A stretch of DNA of 64,000 nt from Synergistaceae bacterium (GTDB taxonomy: Bacteria > Synergistota > Synergistia > Synergistales > Synergistaceae), in contig JAAYFL010000016.1 of assembly GCA_012728235.1 (NCBI GenBank), forward strand, positions 7,341 to 71,340, in the 5' to 3' direction. Shown piece after piece: positions 36,577-47,338 of this stretch. The translations under genes were made by a program, and so were the position numbers. The notes beneath the pieces are model-generated. The model was not told the origin of the DNA and did no database searches. It saw only the letters and a program-made list of their open reading frames with translations. Position 1 is the stretch's first letter. Every line of letters begins with the position of its first letter.

Positions 36577-36947
36577 CTAATCTTCCAACTTTCTTATTTA
36601 ATATTTTTTGCAGACAACAAAAACACTTCGATTAAACATAACACAAACATTAAAGGCTAATAGCATCTTCAATGTGGTTTGTCTATTAATGACAATATAT
36701 ACAAGTGTTGTAAACTCAAGTCAAATTTTACTATTTATCCCCTTTTTTGTAAACCTCATTAATAGTAGAGGCAGATTATAAGCAGTTAATTAGTGTCTGT
36801 TCGTAATATGTGCTTTTAGCTGATATTATAGAAACGGGATATTTTTGTTGTATGGTCATTGTTATATTTACTAAGAAGTATTGTCCTTGATACGCAAATT
36901 TAACGTTAAAATGATGTTCATTACAACAGATCTTTTATAAAATTAAT

Positions 36948-36971
36948 TGAATTGCAGAATTGCAAAATTCA
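36948..36971. repeat. tandem GAATTGCA x2 nested in a TGAATT...AATTCA inverted repeat
   Basis: TGAATTGCAGAATTGCAAAATTCA, about 55 nt upstream of the candidate malic-enzyme promoter. Confidence 0.5.
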
Positions 36972-37024
36972 TTATATTAAGTCTTTATTAGGAATTTTAA
37001 ATGTCTACGAAAAAACAAATTTTC

Positions 37025-37053
37025 TTGCAAATAAGAGTATAAAAAGCTAAACT
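37025..37053 (+). promoter_or_regulatory. candidate promoter of the malic enzyme-lysA unit
   Basis: TTGCAA (37025-37030), exact 17-nt spacer, TAAACT (37048-37053). Confidence 0.4.
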
Positions 37054-37102
37054 TCTTTAAGTTAGAGGATGTGTGATGATGTGTAACAAAGGAGAGAGTA
37101 AT

Positions 37103-38284
37103 ATGTCGGAAAATATATATAAAAGATCTTTAGATTTGCATAAGAAGCTTAAGGGAAAGTTGAGTGTATCTTGTAGGAAAACTGTAGATACAATGGAGGA
37201 TTTGGCTCTTGTATATACTCCCGGAGTGGCAGAGCCTTGTAGGGCAATTAAAGAAAACCCCGAATTATTGTGGGATGTAACGATAAAGAATAACCTCGTA
37301 GCTGTGATAACAGACGGAACCGCTGTACTAGGACTAGGAGACATTGGAGCTGCTGCAGGTATGCCGGTTATGGAAGGCAAAAGTTGTTTGTTTAAAAGAT
37401 TCGCAGGCATAGATTCTATTCCACTTGCTGTAACAACAACAGACGTTGATGAATTCGTTAATATAGTCTCCAAAATATCGACATCTTTTGGGGGCATAAA
37501 TTTAGAGGATATTTCTGCTCCTCGTTGTTTTGAAATTGAAAAAAAATTGAAAGAAAAAGTTGATATTCCAGTATTTCATGACGATCAGCATGGAACAGCT
37601 GTAATCTGCCTTGCCGCTTTACATAACGCATTGCGCTTAGTAGGGAAAAAAATTGGGGATGTTCGCATAATTATGGGTGGTGCTGGTGCAGCGGGTATTT
37701 GTATCGCAAAATACTTACTCTCTGCAGGAGCAAAGGATGTTATCGTTTGTAATAGAAAAGGAGCAATCTCATCAAGTGATATAGATGGGCTTAGGGACTC
37801 TCATGTAGAAGTTTCTAGAATAACAAATCCCTATAAGTTAACCGGAAGTGTAGCGGATGTTGTCAGAGGAGCAGACGTATTCATAGGTGTTTCTGTTCCG
37901 GGGATATTAACAAGTGAAATGGTTCAAACGATGAACCAAGATGCGATAGTGTTTGCGCTGGCAAATCCCATACCAGAAATTTTTCCCGAAGATGCAATTG
38001 CTGCAGGAGCTGCTGTGGTAGCTACAGGTCGTAGCGACTATCCAAACCAAGTAAATAACTGTCTCGGTTTCCCTGGAATTTTCAGAGGTGCACTCGATGT
38101 ACGAGCAAGAGAAATTAACGAAGAAATGAAATTAGCGGCCTCTAGAGCTTTATCAGAGTTAATTAGCGATGAAGAGCTAACCAAAGACTATATAATCCCG
38201 AATGTGTTAGATGTCAGAGTAGTATCGGCAGTAGCGAATGCTGTTTCAAAAGCAGCAAGGGAAACTGGTGTGGCTCGGATTTAG
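37103..38284 (+). CDS. NAD(P)-dependent malic enzyme (short, MaeB N-terminal type)
   Basis: LALVYTPGVAEPC, VITDGTAVLGLGDIG, FGGINLEDISAPRCF and GAGAAG motifs. The ATG at 37103 follows AAAGGAGAG. Confidence 0.9.
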   Translation: MSENIYKRSLDLHKKLKGKLSVSCRKTVDTMEDLALVYTPGVAEPCRAIKENPELLWDVTIKNNLVAVITDGTAVLGLGDIGAAAGMPVMEGKSCLFKRFAGIDSIPLAVTTTDVDEFVNIVSKISTSFGGINLEDISAPRCFEIEKKLKEKVDIPVFHDDQHGTAVICLAALHNALRLVGKKIGDVRIIMGGAGAAGICIAKYLLSAGAKDVIVCNRKGAISSSDIDGLRDSHVEVSRITNPYKLTGSVADVVRGADVFIGVSVPGILTSEMVQTMNQDAIVFALANPIPEIFPEDAIAAGAAVVATGRSDYPNQVNNCLGFPGIFRGALDVRAREINEEMKLAASRALSELISDEELTKDYIIPNVLDVRVVSAVANAVSKAARETGVARI

Positions 38285-38297
38285 AAAGGGAAAAGAA

Positions 38298-39524
38298 ATG
38301 GAGAGCTTTGTTGATTCTTTAACAGCAGAAAGTATAATAAATAAATACGGATCGCCTGTATATGTTTACAATGAAAAGATTTTGCGAGAAAGATGCAGAG
38401 ATCTTATAGGTGCATTTAGAGGGAAAATCCTCCCAAGCTATTCCGTCAAAGCGAACAATAATATATCGCTGCTAAAAATAATAAAAGAAGAGGGACTTAG
38501 GGCAGATGCTATGTCTCCCGGAGAAATTTTTTTGCTTGAACAGGCAGGATTTATTTCGGAAGAGATTTTCTATATAAGCAATAATGTTACACAAGAAGAA
38601 ATGCAGTATGCAATAGATAAAGGGATATTGATAAGTGTAGACTCTCTCTCTCAACTTGAATTGTACGGACAGATAAACAGAGGTGGTAGAGTTGCCGTTC
38701 GATTTAATCCCGGAATTGGTGCGGGCCATAGCAAAAAAGTTATAACTGCAGGAGAAGGCACAAAGTTTGGCGTTCAGGCAGAATTTTGGGCAGAAGTGAA
38801 AGCGATAATAAAAAAACATCATCTGGACTTGGTCGGCGTAAACCAGCATATAGGTTCGTTGTTTCTTGAGCCCACTCTTTATATTCAAGCGGCTGAGAAC
38901 TTATTAAATTTGGTGAGGGAACACTTCCCAGGATTAAATTTTATTGATTTTGGTGGAGGGTTCGGGGTTCCTTACAAAGCAACTGAAAGTAGATTTGATT
39001 TCGATGAATTTAGTAAGTTGTTTCTACCAATTTTGGATAAGTTTATTGAGACCTATGATAATAAGTGCGTTCAATTTAAATGTGAGCCGGGACGCTATAT
39101 AGTAGCTGAATGTTGTTCTATCTTAGGAAGAGTTACAGCACTAAAGGATAACTATGGGCAAAACTATGTAGGAACAGATATAGGGTTTAATGTAATCATG
39201 AGGCCATTGCTTTACGATTCATATCATGAAATAAAAATCCATAGTGTAGGCAAGGGAGTAGTAAATCTTGAAGGGCCAGTACATGTGGTCGGGAATATAT
39301 GCGAAAGCGGAGATATCTTAGCTCACAATAGAGATATTGGTCCTGTGAAGATTGGAGATATTATTGAAGTAATGACGGCGGGAGCATACGTATATTCCAT
39401 GGCCTCAAACTATAATTGTCGCTTAAGGCCTCCTGAAATTTTGATAAGAGAAGATGGAAGTATTGTTAAGATAAGAGAGCGTGACACACTTGAGGGCTTA
39501 TTGCAAAATTTTTCTGTCTGTTAG
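38298..39524 (+). CDS. lysA: diaminopimelate decarboxylase
   Basis: YSVKANNN (PLP Lys), GGGFGVPY, EPGRYIV and CESGD motifs. The ATG at 38298 follows AAAGGG. Confidence 0.95.
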   Translation: MESFVDSLTAESIINKYGSPVYVYNEKILRERCRDLIGAFRGKILPSYSVKANNNISLLKIIKEEGLRADAMSPGEIFLLEQAGFISEEIFYISNNVTQEEMQYAIDKGILISVDSLSQLELYGQINRGGRVAVRFNPGIGAGHSKKVITAGEGTKFGVQAEFWAEVKAIIKKHHLDLVGVNQHIGSLFLEPTLYIQAAENLLNLVREHFPGLNFIDFGGGFGVPYKATESRFDFDEFSKLFLPILDKFIETYDNKCVQFKCEPGRYIVAECCSILGRVTALKDNYGQNYVGTDIGFNVIMRPLLYDSYHEIKIHSVGKGVVNLEGPVHVVGNICESGDILAHNRDIGPVKIGDIIEVMTAGAYVYSMASNYNCRLRPPEILIREDGSIVKIRERDTLEGLLQNFSVC

Positions 39525-39541
39525 GATTGCAATAAAACAAC

Positions 39542-39590
39542 AATAGTGAAACAAAGTGTTTTGTTACAAGAGTACGCTGTTTCACTATTT
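39542..39590. terminator. bidirectional hairpin between lysA and the beta-propeller gene
   Basis: AATAGTGAAACA ... TGTTTCACTATT forms 12-bp arms with an inner AACAAA/TTTGTT helix. T-rich tracts follow on both strands. Confidence 0.6.
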
Positions 39591-40702
39591 TACTTTATGG
39601 ACGTTACTTTGCCATCTGTGCTTGTTACTATGATGCGATTCTCTGCTACAGCCGGTGCTGTGGTGATGTTGCCATCTAAAGGAGTGCTCCAGATGAATTT
39701 TCCGTTATCATCAAGACAGATTAGGCTGTTATCGTTTGTACCAAAGATTATGTTGCCGTTTATACCGGCAGGAGAAGAATATACAGCCTCATTTGCTTTA
39801 TACTTCCACAAAACCTTGCCACTCTTCGCATCAAGAGCAGTGACCCACCCACCAATATTTCCAAATATAACTTTATTGTTTTGTATCAGCGGAGATGTTT
39901 CTATTTGAGCCTTTGAGTCATAGCTCCAAATTACGGCTTGATGTTTTATCTTAGCACAGTATAGTTTGCCGTCTTGACTTGTAAAGTAGAGCAACCCGTC
40001 GCTAATTGAGGGTGCGGATTTTATTTCACCACCTACGATGGCGCGCCACAAAAGCTTTCCAGATGTGCTGTCAATAGCAAAAAGTTTGCCTTCGTTATTT
40101 CCTATATAGACGACCCCGTTGGCAATTGATGGTGACCCCTGTACTGGACGTTCTGTTTTGAGTCTCCATTTTTGCCATCCAGTTTTAATGTTTACAGCAT
40201 AAACAAAGCCATCATGAGAACCAAAATAGACAGTTTCATCGTCAACTGAAGGAGAAGAAGAAATGCTGTTATGAGTTGTAAATTGCCAAATCATCCTTCC
40301 TGTTTTTGCATCAAGGCAATACATTTTGCCATTATAGCTCCCAACAAACACTTTACCATCAAGAATAGAAGGGGAAGAGACGACCCAATTCTCCGCATAG
40401 AAACTCCAATTAAGATTTTTATTTTTAGCATCTAATGAATATATATATCCGTCGTCCGACCCAAATATTATCGCGTTTTCATATATAGCGGGAGAAGACT
40501 GAATTGAATGTGAGATTTTTAAGGACCAATCTTTTTCTCCTGATAATGTTACTTTACTGTTTGCATTTTTAGTCTCAATTGTTCCAGTTCTCAAGGGGTT
40601 TGCACGAAACATGGGCCACTCTGATGCAGTCGCTGGATTGGCTATGGTAAGTAAAACTAGACTAATAAGTTGCAGTAAAACTGTTTGAATCATTTTTTTC
40701 AT
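39590..40702 (-). CDS. PQQ-like (BamB/YfgL-type) beta-propeller repeat protein, secreted
   Basis: Signal peptide MKKMIQTVLLQLISLVLLTIANPATA. About 8 repeats of the type G.VY.GS.DG.LYA.D..TGK..W follow. The ATG at 40702 follows AAAGGGGG. Confidence 0.8.
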   Translation of the reverse strand: MKKMIQTVLLQLISLVLLTIANPATASEWPMFRANPLRTGTIETKNANSKVTLSGEKDWSLKISHSIQSSPAIYENAIIFGSDDGYIYSLDAKNKNLNWSFYAENWVVSSPSILDGKVFVGSYNGKMYCLDAKTGRMIWQFTTHNSISSSPSVDDETVYFGSHDGFVYAVNIKTGWQKWRLKTERPVQGSPSIANGVVYIGNNEGKLFAIDSTSGKLLWRAIVGGEIKSAPSISDGLLYFTSQDGKLYCAKIKHQAVIWSYDSKAQIETSPLIQNNKVIFGNIGGWVTALDAKSGKVLWKYKANEAVYSSPAGINGNIIFGTNDNSLICLDDNGKFIWSTPLDGNITTAPAVAENRIIVTSTDGKVTSIK

Positions 40703-40858
40703 GTTTGATCGGCCCCCTTTAATCATAATAGTAAATGAAATGTTTTTATTGTATGAAATAATATTCGCTCTTATTTCAATGCATATCATATAAAGTATGA
40801 TTGCACTTAGTGCTATTTATCGGCTAAAATACAGAATGAAATTGAAGGAGTGACTAAA

Positions 40859-42670
40859 ATGCCACTGAATAGAATTAGAAATTTTAGTATAATAGCACAT
40901 GTTGACCATGGCAAATCAACTCTTGCAGATAGGCTCTTGGAAGAAACAAAAACCGTGCAAAAAAGAAACATGAAAGCTCAGCTGTTAGACATGCTGGAGC
41001 TTGAAAGAGAACGTGGAATAACAATAAAATCTGTCCCCGTTCGTATGAATTACAAAGCAAAAGATGGGGAAGAATACATATTGAACCTTATCGATACACC
41101 GGGCCATGCTGATTTCACTTATGAGGTCTCGCGTTCTCTTGCCGCATGTGAAGGAGCGGTTCTAGTTGTAGATGCGGCTCAAGGAGTACAAGCACAAACA
41201 GTTGCTAATAGTTATTTGGCGGCCGATTTAGATATAGAGTTGGTTCCGGTACTCAATAAAGTGGACCTACCAGCTGCGCAGCCCGACAGAGTAAAGCATG
41301 AAATAAAAGAAATAATTGGTATAGATGCGGAGGACGCAGTCTTGGTCAGCGCAAAAACAGGAGAGGGTATGCCTGATGTGCTTGAACGCATTATAAGAGA
41401 TATGCCTGCGCCTGTAGGGGATGCTGACGCACCACTTCAAGCTCTTATTTTCGATTCAGTATATGATAATTATAAGGGTGTAATCTGTTATGTTCGTGTC
41501 AAAAATGGGGTGTTAAAAGCAAATAAAACAATTCGTTTTATGGCGACAGGTAGAGATTACGAACTTGATGAGGTTGGTGTATTTAGACCTGCAATGGAGC
41601 CGGTTGAAGAACTTGGTCCAGGAGAAGTTGGTTATATATCTGCAACCATAAAATCAATTGATGAGGCGCGTGTAGGAGATACTATAACAGATGCAACAAG
41701 ACCATGTATAGAAGCATTACCGGGTTATAAAGAAGTAAAACCTGTTGTGTTTTGCGGTTACTATCCAGTAGAAAGAGAAAATACCAATCAGTTAAGAGAG
41801 GCTCTAGAAAAACTACAAATAAACGATTCATCTATAAGCTTCGAACCTGAAAATTCGGTAGCATTGGGCTTTGGATTCCGATGCGGATTTTTAGGTTTAC
41901 TACACATGGAGATTTCAAAAGAAAGATTAAACAGAGAATTTGATGTAGATTTAGTAGCAACAGCTCCCAATGTTGTTTATCAAGTTGTGTTGACCAATGG
42001 AGATATTATTGAAGCACACAGACCATCTGATTTTCCTGACCCTGCTAAAATAGCTGAAACACGAGAACCTTACATAAAACTTTCCATATTTATACCAGAC
42101 GAATTTGTTGGTCCAACAATGTCTCTTTGTCAGGAGAAACGTGGCAATTATGTTGCGATGGACTATCTTGCGCCGGAAAGAGTACGGCTTACTTATAATA
42201 TGCCTCTTGCCGAGTTTATTCTCGATTTTCATGATAGGTTAAAATCTTGCACAAGAGGGTATGCTTCTCTCGATTATGAACATATGGGGTTTAAAGCAGA
42301 CGACCTTGTTAAAGTGGATATTTTGTTACAGAATGAACCGGTTGATGCGTTCTCTTTTATTTGCCATGCAGAACAGGCTTACCAAAGAGGTCATTCCGTA
42401 GTGGGAAAACTAAAAGAACTTATTCCTAGACAACTTTTCGAGATTCCAGTACAAGCCGCAATTGGACAAAAAGTGATAGTACGAATGAACATAAAGGCAG
42501 TCCGTAAGGACGTTTTAGCAAAGTGCTATGGCGGTGATATAACCAGAAAGAATAAACTACTGGAAAAGCAGAAAAAAGGGAAGAAGCGAATGAAGCAGGT
42601 CGGGAAAGTAGCTATCCCGCAAGAAGCTTTTTATGCTTTTATGAATGTGACAAAAGCCGAAGACAAATAA
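40859..42670 (+). CDS. lepA: translation elongation factor 4
   Basis: [22 protein letters not shown] and DTPGHADF motifs, plus a LepA-specific C-terminus ([22 protein letters not shown]). Confidence 0.95.
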   Translation: MPLNRIRNFSIIAHVDHGKSTLADRLLEETKTVQKRNMKAQLLDMLELERERGITIKSVPVRMNYKAKDGEEYILNLIDTPGHADFTYEVSRSLAACEGAVLVVDAAQGVQAQTVANSYLAADLDIELVPVLNKVDLPAAQPDRVKHEIKEIIGIDAEDAVLVSAKTGEGMPDVLERIIRDMPAPVGDADAPLQALIFDSVYDNYKGVICYVRVKNGVLKANKTIRFMATGRDYELDEVGVFRPAMEPVEELGPGEVGYISATIKSIDEARVGDTITDATRPCIEALPGYKEVKPVVFCGYYPVERENTNQLREALEKLQINDSSISFEPENSVALGFGFRCGFLGLLHMEISKERLNREFDVDLVATAPNVVYQVVLTNGDIIEAHRPSDFPDPAKIAETREPYIKLSIFIPDEFVGPTMSLCQEKRGNYVAMDYLAPERVRLTYNMPLAEFILDFHDRLKSCTRGYASLDYEHMGFKADDLVKVDILLQNEPVDAFSFICHAEQAYQRGHSVVGKLKELIPRQLFEIPVQAAIGQKVIVRMNIKAVRKDVLAKCYGGDITRKNKLLEKQKKGKKRMKQVGKVAIPQEAFYAFMNVTKAEDK

Positions 42671-43803
42671 TGTTGAATCCTTTCGTTCCGCGACTTAGAA
42701 ATATATCTCTTTACCTACATATTCCATTTTGCGAGAACAAGTGTCCCTACTGTGCTTTTGATAGTTTTACTCCTAATGAGGGTGACGTAGATTTATATTT
42801 AGAATTAATAGAAAAAGAAGTAGAGTGGTGGAGCCGTCGTTTAGGACGTGTAACTTTTTCCACGTGTTACATAGGTGGAGGAACGCCTACAACGTTAACA
42901 GGTCCACAGTGGTTGAGACTAACGCAAATTTTAGATAAGTATTTTGACTTTAAATCCAAAGCTGAAATTACTGTAGAGGCTAATCCTAATTCACTAAAAA
43001 CGGAACACTTGCTCCATTGGCGTGACTGGCGTGTAAATAGGATTAGCTTGGGGGTACAAAGCTTTGACGATGCTGAACTTATACAACTGGGCAGAATACA
43101 TAATTCAGCCCAAGCTCATAATGCAATATCTGCTGCGTTGGCAGCTTCTTTTTCAGTTAGTATTGACTTGATGTTTGGACTGCCAAAGCAGACCTTTCAA
43201 AATTGGGGTAGAACGTTGAAAGAGTCAGTTGCAAGTGGCGTACAGCATCTTTCTCTTTATCAACTTTCCTTTGAACCCGGAAGTGCATGGGAGAATATGC
43301 CTAAAGAAACTCTTCCTGACGGCTATTGTCCTTATAGGTGGGCACAATGGTATTTACCTAGGAAAGGATATATGCAATATGAGGTCGCAAATTTTTCGAG
43401 AGCAGGTAGAGAAAGTAAACACAATATAAATTATTGGCGTGAAGGAGAATATCTTGGACTTGGATTGGGAGCTTCCGGTTATCTTTCCGGATGGAGATAT
43501 AAAAATACCAGTGTTTTTAGGGAATATTCTGAGCTTTTGCGTTTGAAAAAAAGTGTGATTGTTTCAGGAGAGAGGCTTTCCTTAGATGCAAAATCGAAAG
43601 AAGCATTTATCCTTGCTTTGCGTATGTCCGAAGGGATTAATAGAAATGATTATAAAAACAAATATGGGGAGTTAAATGAACAAAATCTAATAAAAACGCT
43701 AAGAACTTTTCCAAACGATTTATATGAAATTACAAAAGGGAACATAGCTCTTACCGCTAAAGGAATGCGAGTGGCAAATATAATTTGGACAGATCTTATA
43801 TAG
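42670..43803 (+). CDS. hemW: radical SAM heme chaperone HemW (oxygen-independent coproporphyrinogen oxidase-like)
   Basis: LYLHIPFCENKCPYCAF, GGGTP and the conserved lepA-hemW pairing. The start overlaps the lepA stop (TAATG). Confidence 0.9.
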   Translation: MLNPFVPRLRNISLYLHIPFCENKCPYCAFDSFTPNEGDVDLYLELIEKEVEWWSRRLGRVTFSTCYIGGGTPTTLTGPQWLRLTQILDKYFDFKSKAEITVEANPNSLKTEHLLHWRDWRVNRISLGVQSFDDAELIQLGRIHNSAQAHNAISAALAASFSVSIDLMFGLPKQTFQNWGRTLKESVASGVQHLSLYQLSFEPGSAWENMPKETLPDGYCPYRWAQWYLPRKGYMQYEVANFSRAGRESKHNINYWREGEYLGLGLGASGYLSGWRYKNTSVFREYSELLRLKKSVIVSGERLSLDAKSKEAFILALRMSEGINRNDYKNKYGELNEQNLIKTLRTFPNDLYEITKGNIALTAKGMRVANIIWTDLI

Positions 43804-43848
43804 TGATATGATGTAAAATACACGCTGCTTTTTGGGGGGAAAAATGTT

Positions 43849-45276
43849 TTGAAAGACGAAGTGAATAGCTTAATGAAAAGAATACCATCTATGGATAGAC
43901 TGCTAGGGGCTGCATGGATTGTTAAATATGAGTCGGAGATAGGTCGCGAAGCAGTAAAAGCTCTTATTTCTGATGTATTAAACAGCTATAGAAACAAAAT
44001 CAAAAATAATTCTAACGTAGCTTTTGATGAAGAAAGTGTAGCAAATGAAATAAGAACTCTGCTTGAATTAAAATCAAGCTTATCTCTAAAAAAAGTTATT
44101 AATGCTACGGGTGTTGTTTTGCATACGAACCTTGGAAGAGCTTTACTGGCTGAAAAAGCCGTCGAGGCCGTAAAAGAAGTAGCTACTTCATATAGCACGC
44201 TAGAATATTCGATACAGGAAGGGGCTCGAGGACAAAGGGGAGACCATGTCGAATGGTTGTTGTGCGAACTAACTGGAGCGGAAGCGGCCATAGTTGTTAA
44301 TAATAATGCAGGTGCTGTCGTCCTAGCTTTAAGTGCTTTGGCTAAAAACAAAGAGACAATAGTTTCTAGAGGTGAACTTGTAGAAATCGGGGGATCTTTT
44401 CGCGTTCCGGATATAATGGCTTTTTCAGATACAAAGTTAGTTGAAGTTGGCACTACAAACAGAACACATCTAAAAGACTACGCTGCAGCAATAACAGAAG
44501 AAACCGCAATGCTTTTAAAAGTTCATCCATCAAATTATAGAATAGAGGGTTTTGCTTCCTCCGTGTCTAGAGAAGATCTTTCAATGCTTTCACAACAACA
44601 TGGAATTATTTTTATGGAAGATGTTGGTAGTGGCATGCTTGTAGATTTAAAAGAGGCTGGATTAGATGGAGAACCAACCGTGCGTGATTGTTTAAAAGCA
44701 GGATGTGATATTGTAACATTTTCCGGAGATAAATTATTGGGAGGTCCACAAATAGGGGCGATAGTTGGTAAAGCTGAAGTTATAGATAGGTTAAGAACGA
44801 ATCCTTTACTGAGGGCTTTACGCGTTGATAAAATGACTCTTGCTGCATTTGAGGGAACTCTGCGTCTATACCTAAAGGGTGATTATCTTTCAATTCCTAC
44901 CCTAGCAATGATATTCAAAAAACCTAAAGAATTGAAAAAACAGGCAGAAAGTTTTAAGGATTCTTTAAAAAACTATTTTTTAAAGACAAAGCTGCGTTCC
45001 GTATCTATTGAAGTAACAAGCACAATAGATACGGTTGGGGGAGGAGCATTTCCTCTTTCGAGGTTAGAAGGCTATGCTGTGGCAATAAAATTACCTGAAA
45101 TGGGAAGTGCAGGCAAATTATCGGAATTGTTAAGAAATGCGACAATTCCAGTAATTACAGGAGCTTACGAAGGTAAGATACTTTTTCATATGCGCACTCT
45201 GCAAATAGGCGACGAAAACAATATTATAAAGGCGTTTGACAGCTTTTTGAATACGAATCAGCCTTCAGAGGAATAA
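43849..45276 (+). CDS. selA: L-seryl-tRNA(Sec) selenium transferase
   Basis: IPSMDRLL, NATGVVLHTNLGRA and FSGDKLLGGPQ (PLP Lys) motifs. The start is either the TTG at 43849 (after GGGGGG) or the ATG at 43873. Confidence 0.9.
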   Translation: MKDEVNSLMKRIPSMDRLLGAAWIVKYESEIGREAVKALISDVLNSYRNKIKNNSNVAFDEESVANEIRTLLELKSSLSLKKVINATGVVLHTNLGRALLAEKAVEAVKEVATSYSTLEYSIQEGARGQRGDHVEWLLCELTGAEAAIVVNNNAGAVVLALSALAKNKETIVSRGELVEIGGSFRVPDIMAFSDTKLVEVGTTNRTHLKDYAAAITEETAMLLKVHPSNYRIEGFASSVSREDLSMLSQQHGIIFMEDVGSGMLVDLKEAGLDGEPTVRDCLKAGCDIVTFSGDKLLGGPQIGAIVGKAEVIDRLRTNPLLRALRVDKMTLAAFEGTLRLYLKGDYLSIPTLAMIFKKPKELKKQAESFKDSLKNYFLKTKLRSVSIEVTSTIDTVGGGAFPLSRLEGYAVAIKLPEMGSAGKLSELLRNATIPVITGAYEGKILFHMRTLQIGDENNIIKAFDSFLNTNQPSEE

Positions 45277-45278
45277 CA

Positions 45279-47207
45279 GTGGAAAAGTTAGAAATTCCTT
45301 TTGTTTTGGGAACAGCAGGACATATAGATCATGGAAAAACAACCCTAGTTAAAGCTATCTCAGGTGTAGATTGCGACAGGCTCTCTGCAGAAAAGAAGCG
45401 TGGAATAACGATAGAGTTGGGATTTGCGCCTTTTATTCTGCCCTCAGGGAAAATAATAAGTATAGTGGATGTCCCGGGACATGAAAAATTCATCAGACAA
45501 ATGGTGGCTGGAGCAATTGGATTGGATGCCGTAATGCTAGTAGTAGCGGCTGATGATGGAGTTATGTCTCAAACTCGCGAACATCTTGAGATCTTATCCT
45601 TGCTTGGCATAAAAAAGGGTCTTGTTGCTATTACTAAAATTGACCAGGCAGAAAAGAATTTTGTCGAAATAGTAAAAGAAGAAATACTAGAGCTAACAAT
45701 TGGTACTTTCCTAGAGAATGCACCCATAATACCTGTATCCTCTTTTACCAAAGAGGGGTTAGACAGTTTAAAGCTAGCATTAGAAAAATTAGTAGAGAGT
45801 AGCGAATACAAAATAGATAAAGGGCGTTTTTTCCTCCCAGTAGATAGGGTCTTTCACATGTCTGGATTTGGAACAGTAATAACCGGAACAGTGCTAAAAG
45901 GTGCAGTGGAAGAAGCTAGTCATGTAGAGATATTACCATCAAAATTAGATGCCAAAGTTCGAACAATACAAGTACATGAATTGCCTACAAACAAGGCTGT
46001 CGCAGGACAGCGAGTAGCGATGAATCTTTCAAATATATCTCTAGACGATATAAAACCGGGAGATGTTGTGGCATCGAGAGGGCACTTTATGTCCACAAAA
46101 TGTTTAAATGTAGAGGTTTCGGTTTTACGTTCTGCGGGGAATGCTTTGAAACATTGGGAAAGATTACATTTACATATTGGAACATCAGATATTGTTGTGC
46201 GTCTTTCACTTCTAGACAAGGAAAAAATATTACCGGGTGATAAGGCAATAGCACAACTAATATTAGAGAAGCCCGTGGCAGTTTTTCTTGACATGCCTTT
46301 TATTCTTAGAAAATACAGCCCTATGTCCACTGTTGCGGGGGGTATAGTTCTGACTCCGCTAGGGAAACGACCGAAAAATAAAAAAACTAAAATCAGTCTA
46401 ACAAAATATTTAAACGCAATATCAGAAAATATAAGTTTAAACGATAAGCTTAAAGAATTAATTGAATATAAAGAAATAATAGGTATGAGCGAGCTGTCAT
46501 CGCTTCTAGAAAAAGAACCGCTTGAGCTCCGCGGTCCTCTTTCTGCACTAGAGATGAAAAACGAAATAGGCGTTGTAAAAACACTAGAAACGATATTAAT
46601 TTCAAAACCTAAAATAGAAGAACTAACTAAAAAAATACAAACAAAATTGGCGTTGTTTCACAAGGGAAACCCCGAACTTCAGGGTATGACTCTTGAAAAT
46701 GCTGCTAATTCTATAGGAGTAAATGAAGTTCGTTTTGCAAAGGAACTTATGCTTTTATTTATGAAAATGCAATATATAATTTATGAAAACGACAGGATAC
46801 GACTCAAAGAATTTGAACCCTTTGATGAATCTAATTTTATATCTGAGGTTTCTAGAGTAAAAAAGAAAATGTTATCCTCGGAATATACATTTCTTACAAA
46901 AGAAGAGTTATCACAGTCATTGTCGATTAATGAAAAAGAAATAAACAGAATCGTTTCATATTTAAAAGAAAAGAGGGAGATTTATCATATAGGACAAGGT
47001 TTTTTAGTCCCCCAAGAAATTCTTTTAAATTTTAACGCAAAAATACAAACTCTTGGCGGAGATTTAACACTTGCAAATATAAGAGACGTAACAAAGAGTA
47101 GTCGGAAATATATACTACCTTTGTTAGAATATTTTGATAGTATCGGAATAACGCGTCGCATAGAGAATAAGAGAATTATTGTGAAAAAGGTAAATGATTT
47201 TCAGTAA
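45279..47207 (+). CDS. selB: selenocysteine-specific elongation factor
   Basis: GTAGHIDHGKTTL and DVPGHEKF motifs. 642 aa with a long winged-helix C-terminal part. Lies immediately after selA. Confidence 0.9.
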   Translation: MEKLEIPFVLGTAGHIDHGKTTLVKAISGVDCDRLSAEKKRGITIELGFAPFILPSGKIISIVDVPGHEKFIRQMVAGAIGLDAVMLVVAADDGVMSQTREHLEILSLLGIKKGLVAITKIDQAEKNFVEIVKEEILELTIGTFLENAPIIPVSSFTKEGLDSLKLALEKLVESSEYKIDKGRFFLPVDRVFHMSGFGTVITGTVLKGAVEEASHVEILPSKLDAKVRTIQVHELPTNKAVAGQRVAMNLSNISLDDIKPGDVVASRGHFMSTKCLNVEVSVLRSAGNALKHWERLHLHIGTSDIVVRLSLLDKEKILPGDKAIAQLILEKPVAVFLDMPFILRKYSPMSTVAGGIVLTPLGKRPKNKKTKISLTKYLNAISENISLNDKLKELIEYKEIIGMSELSSLLEKEPLELRGPLSALEMKNEIGVVKTLETILISKPKIEELTKKIQTKLALFHKGNPELQGMTLENAANSIGVNEVRFAKELMLLFMKMQYIIYENDRIRLKEFEPFDESNFISEVSRVKKKMLSSEYTFLTKEELSQSLSINEKEINRIVSYLKEKREIYHIGQGFLVPQEILLNFNAKIQTLGGDLTLANIRDVTKSSRKYILPLLEYFDSIGITRRIENKRIIVKKVNDFQ

Positions 47208-47267
47208 TTCTGGGAAAATGTAATCATTGTATTTAGATTGAAATAGCAAGAAAAAATAGACACTCCC

Positions 47268-47296
47268 TTGATTTTATTGAATTTATACGTTATAAT
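47268..47296 (+). promoter_or_regulatory. candidate veg promoter
   Basis: TTGATT (47268-47273), exact 17-nt spacer, TATAAT (47291-47296). Confidence 0.65.
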
Positions 47297-47338
47297 GTGA
47301 AAAGAATTGACGTATCTGAATGTTAAGGTGGTGTCACA

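Noticed and set aside
47208-47338. Looked for selC (tRNA-Sec) immediately downstream of selB.
   Set aside because: The interval contains only a promoter-like element and the veg RBS. No acceptor or T-arm-like structure or UCA anticodon loop is present.
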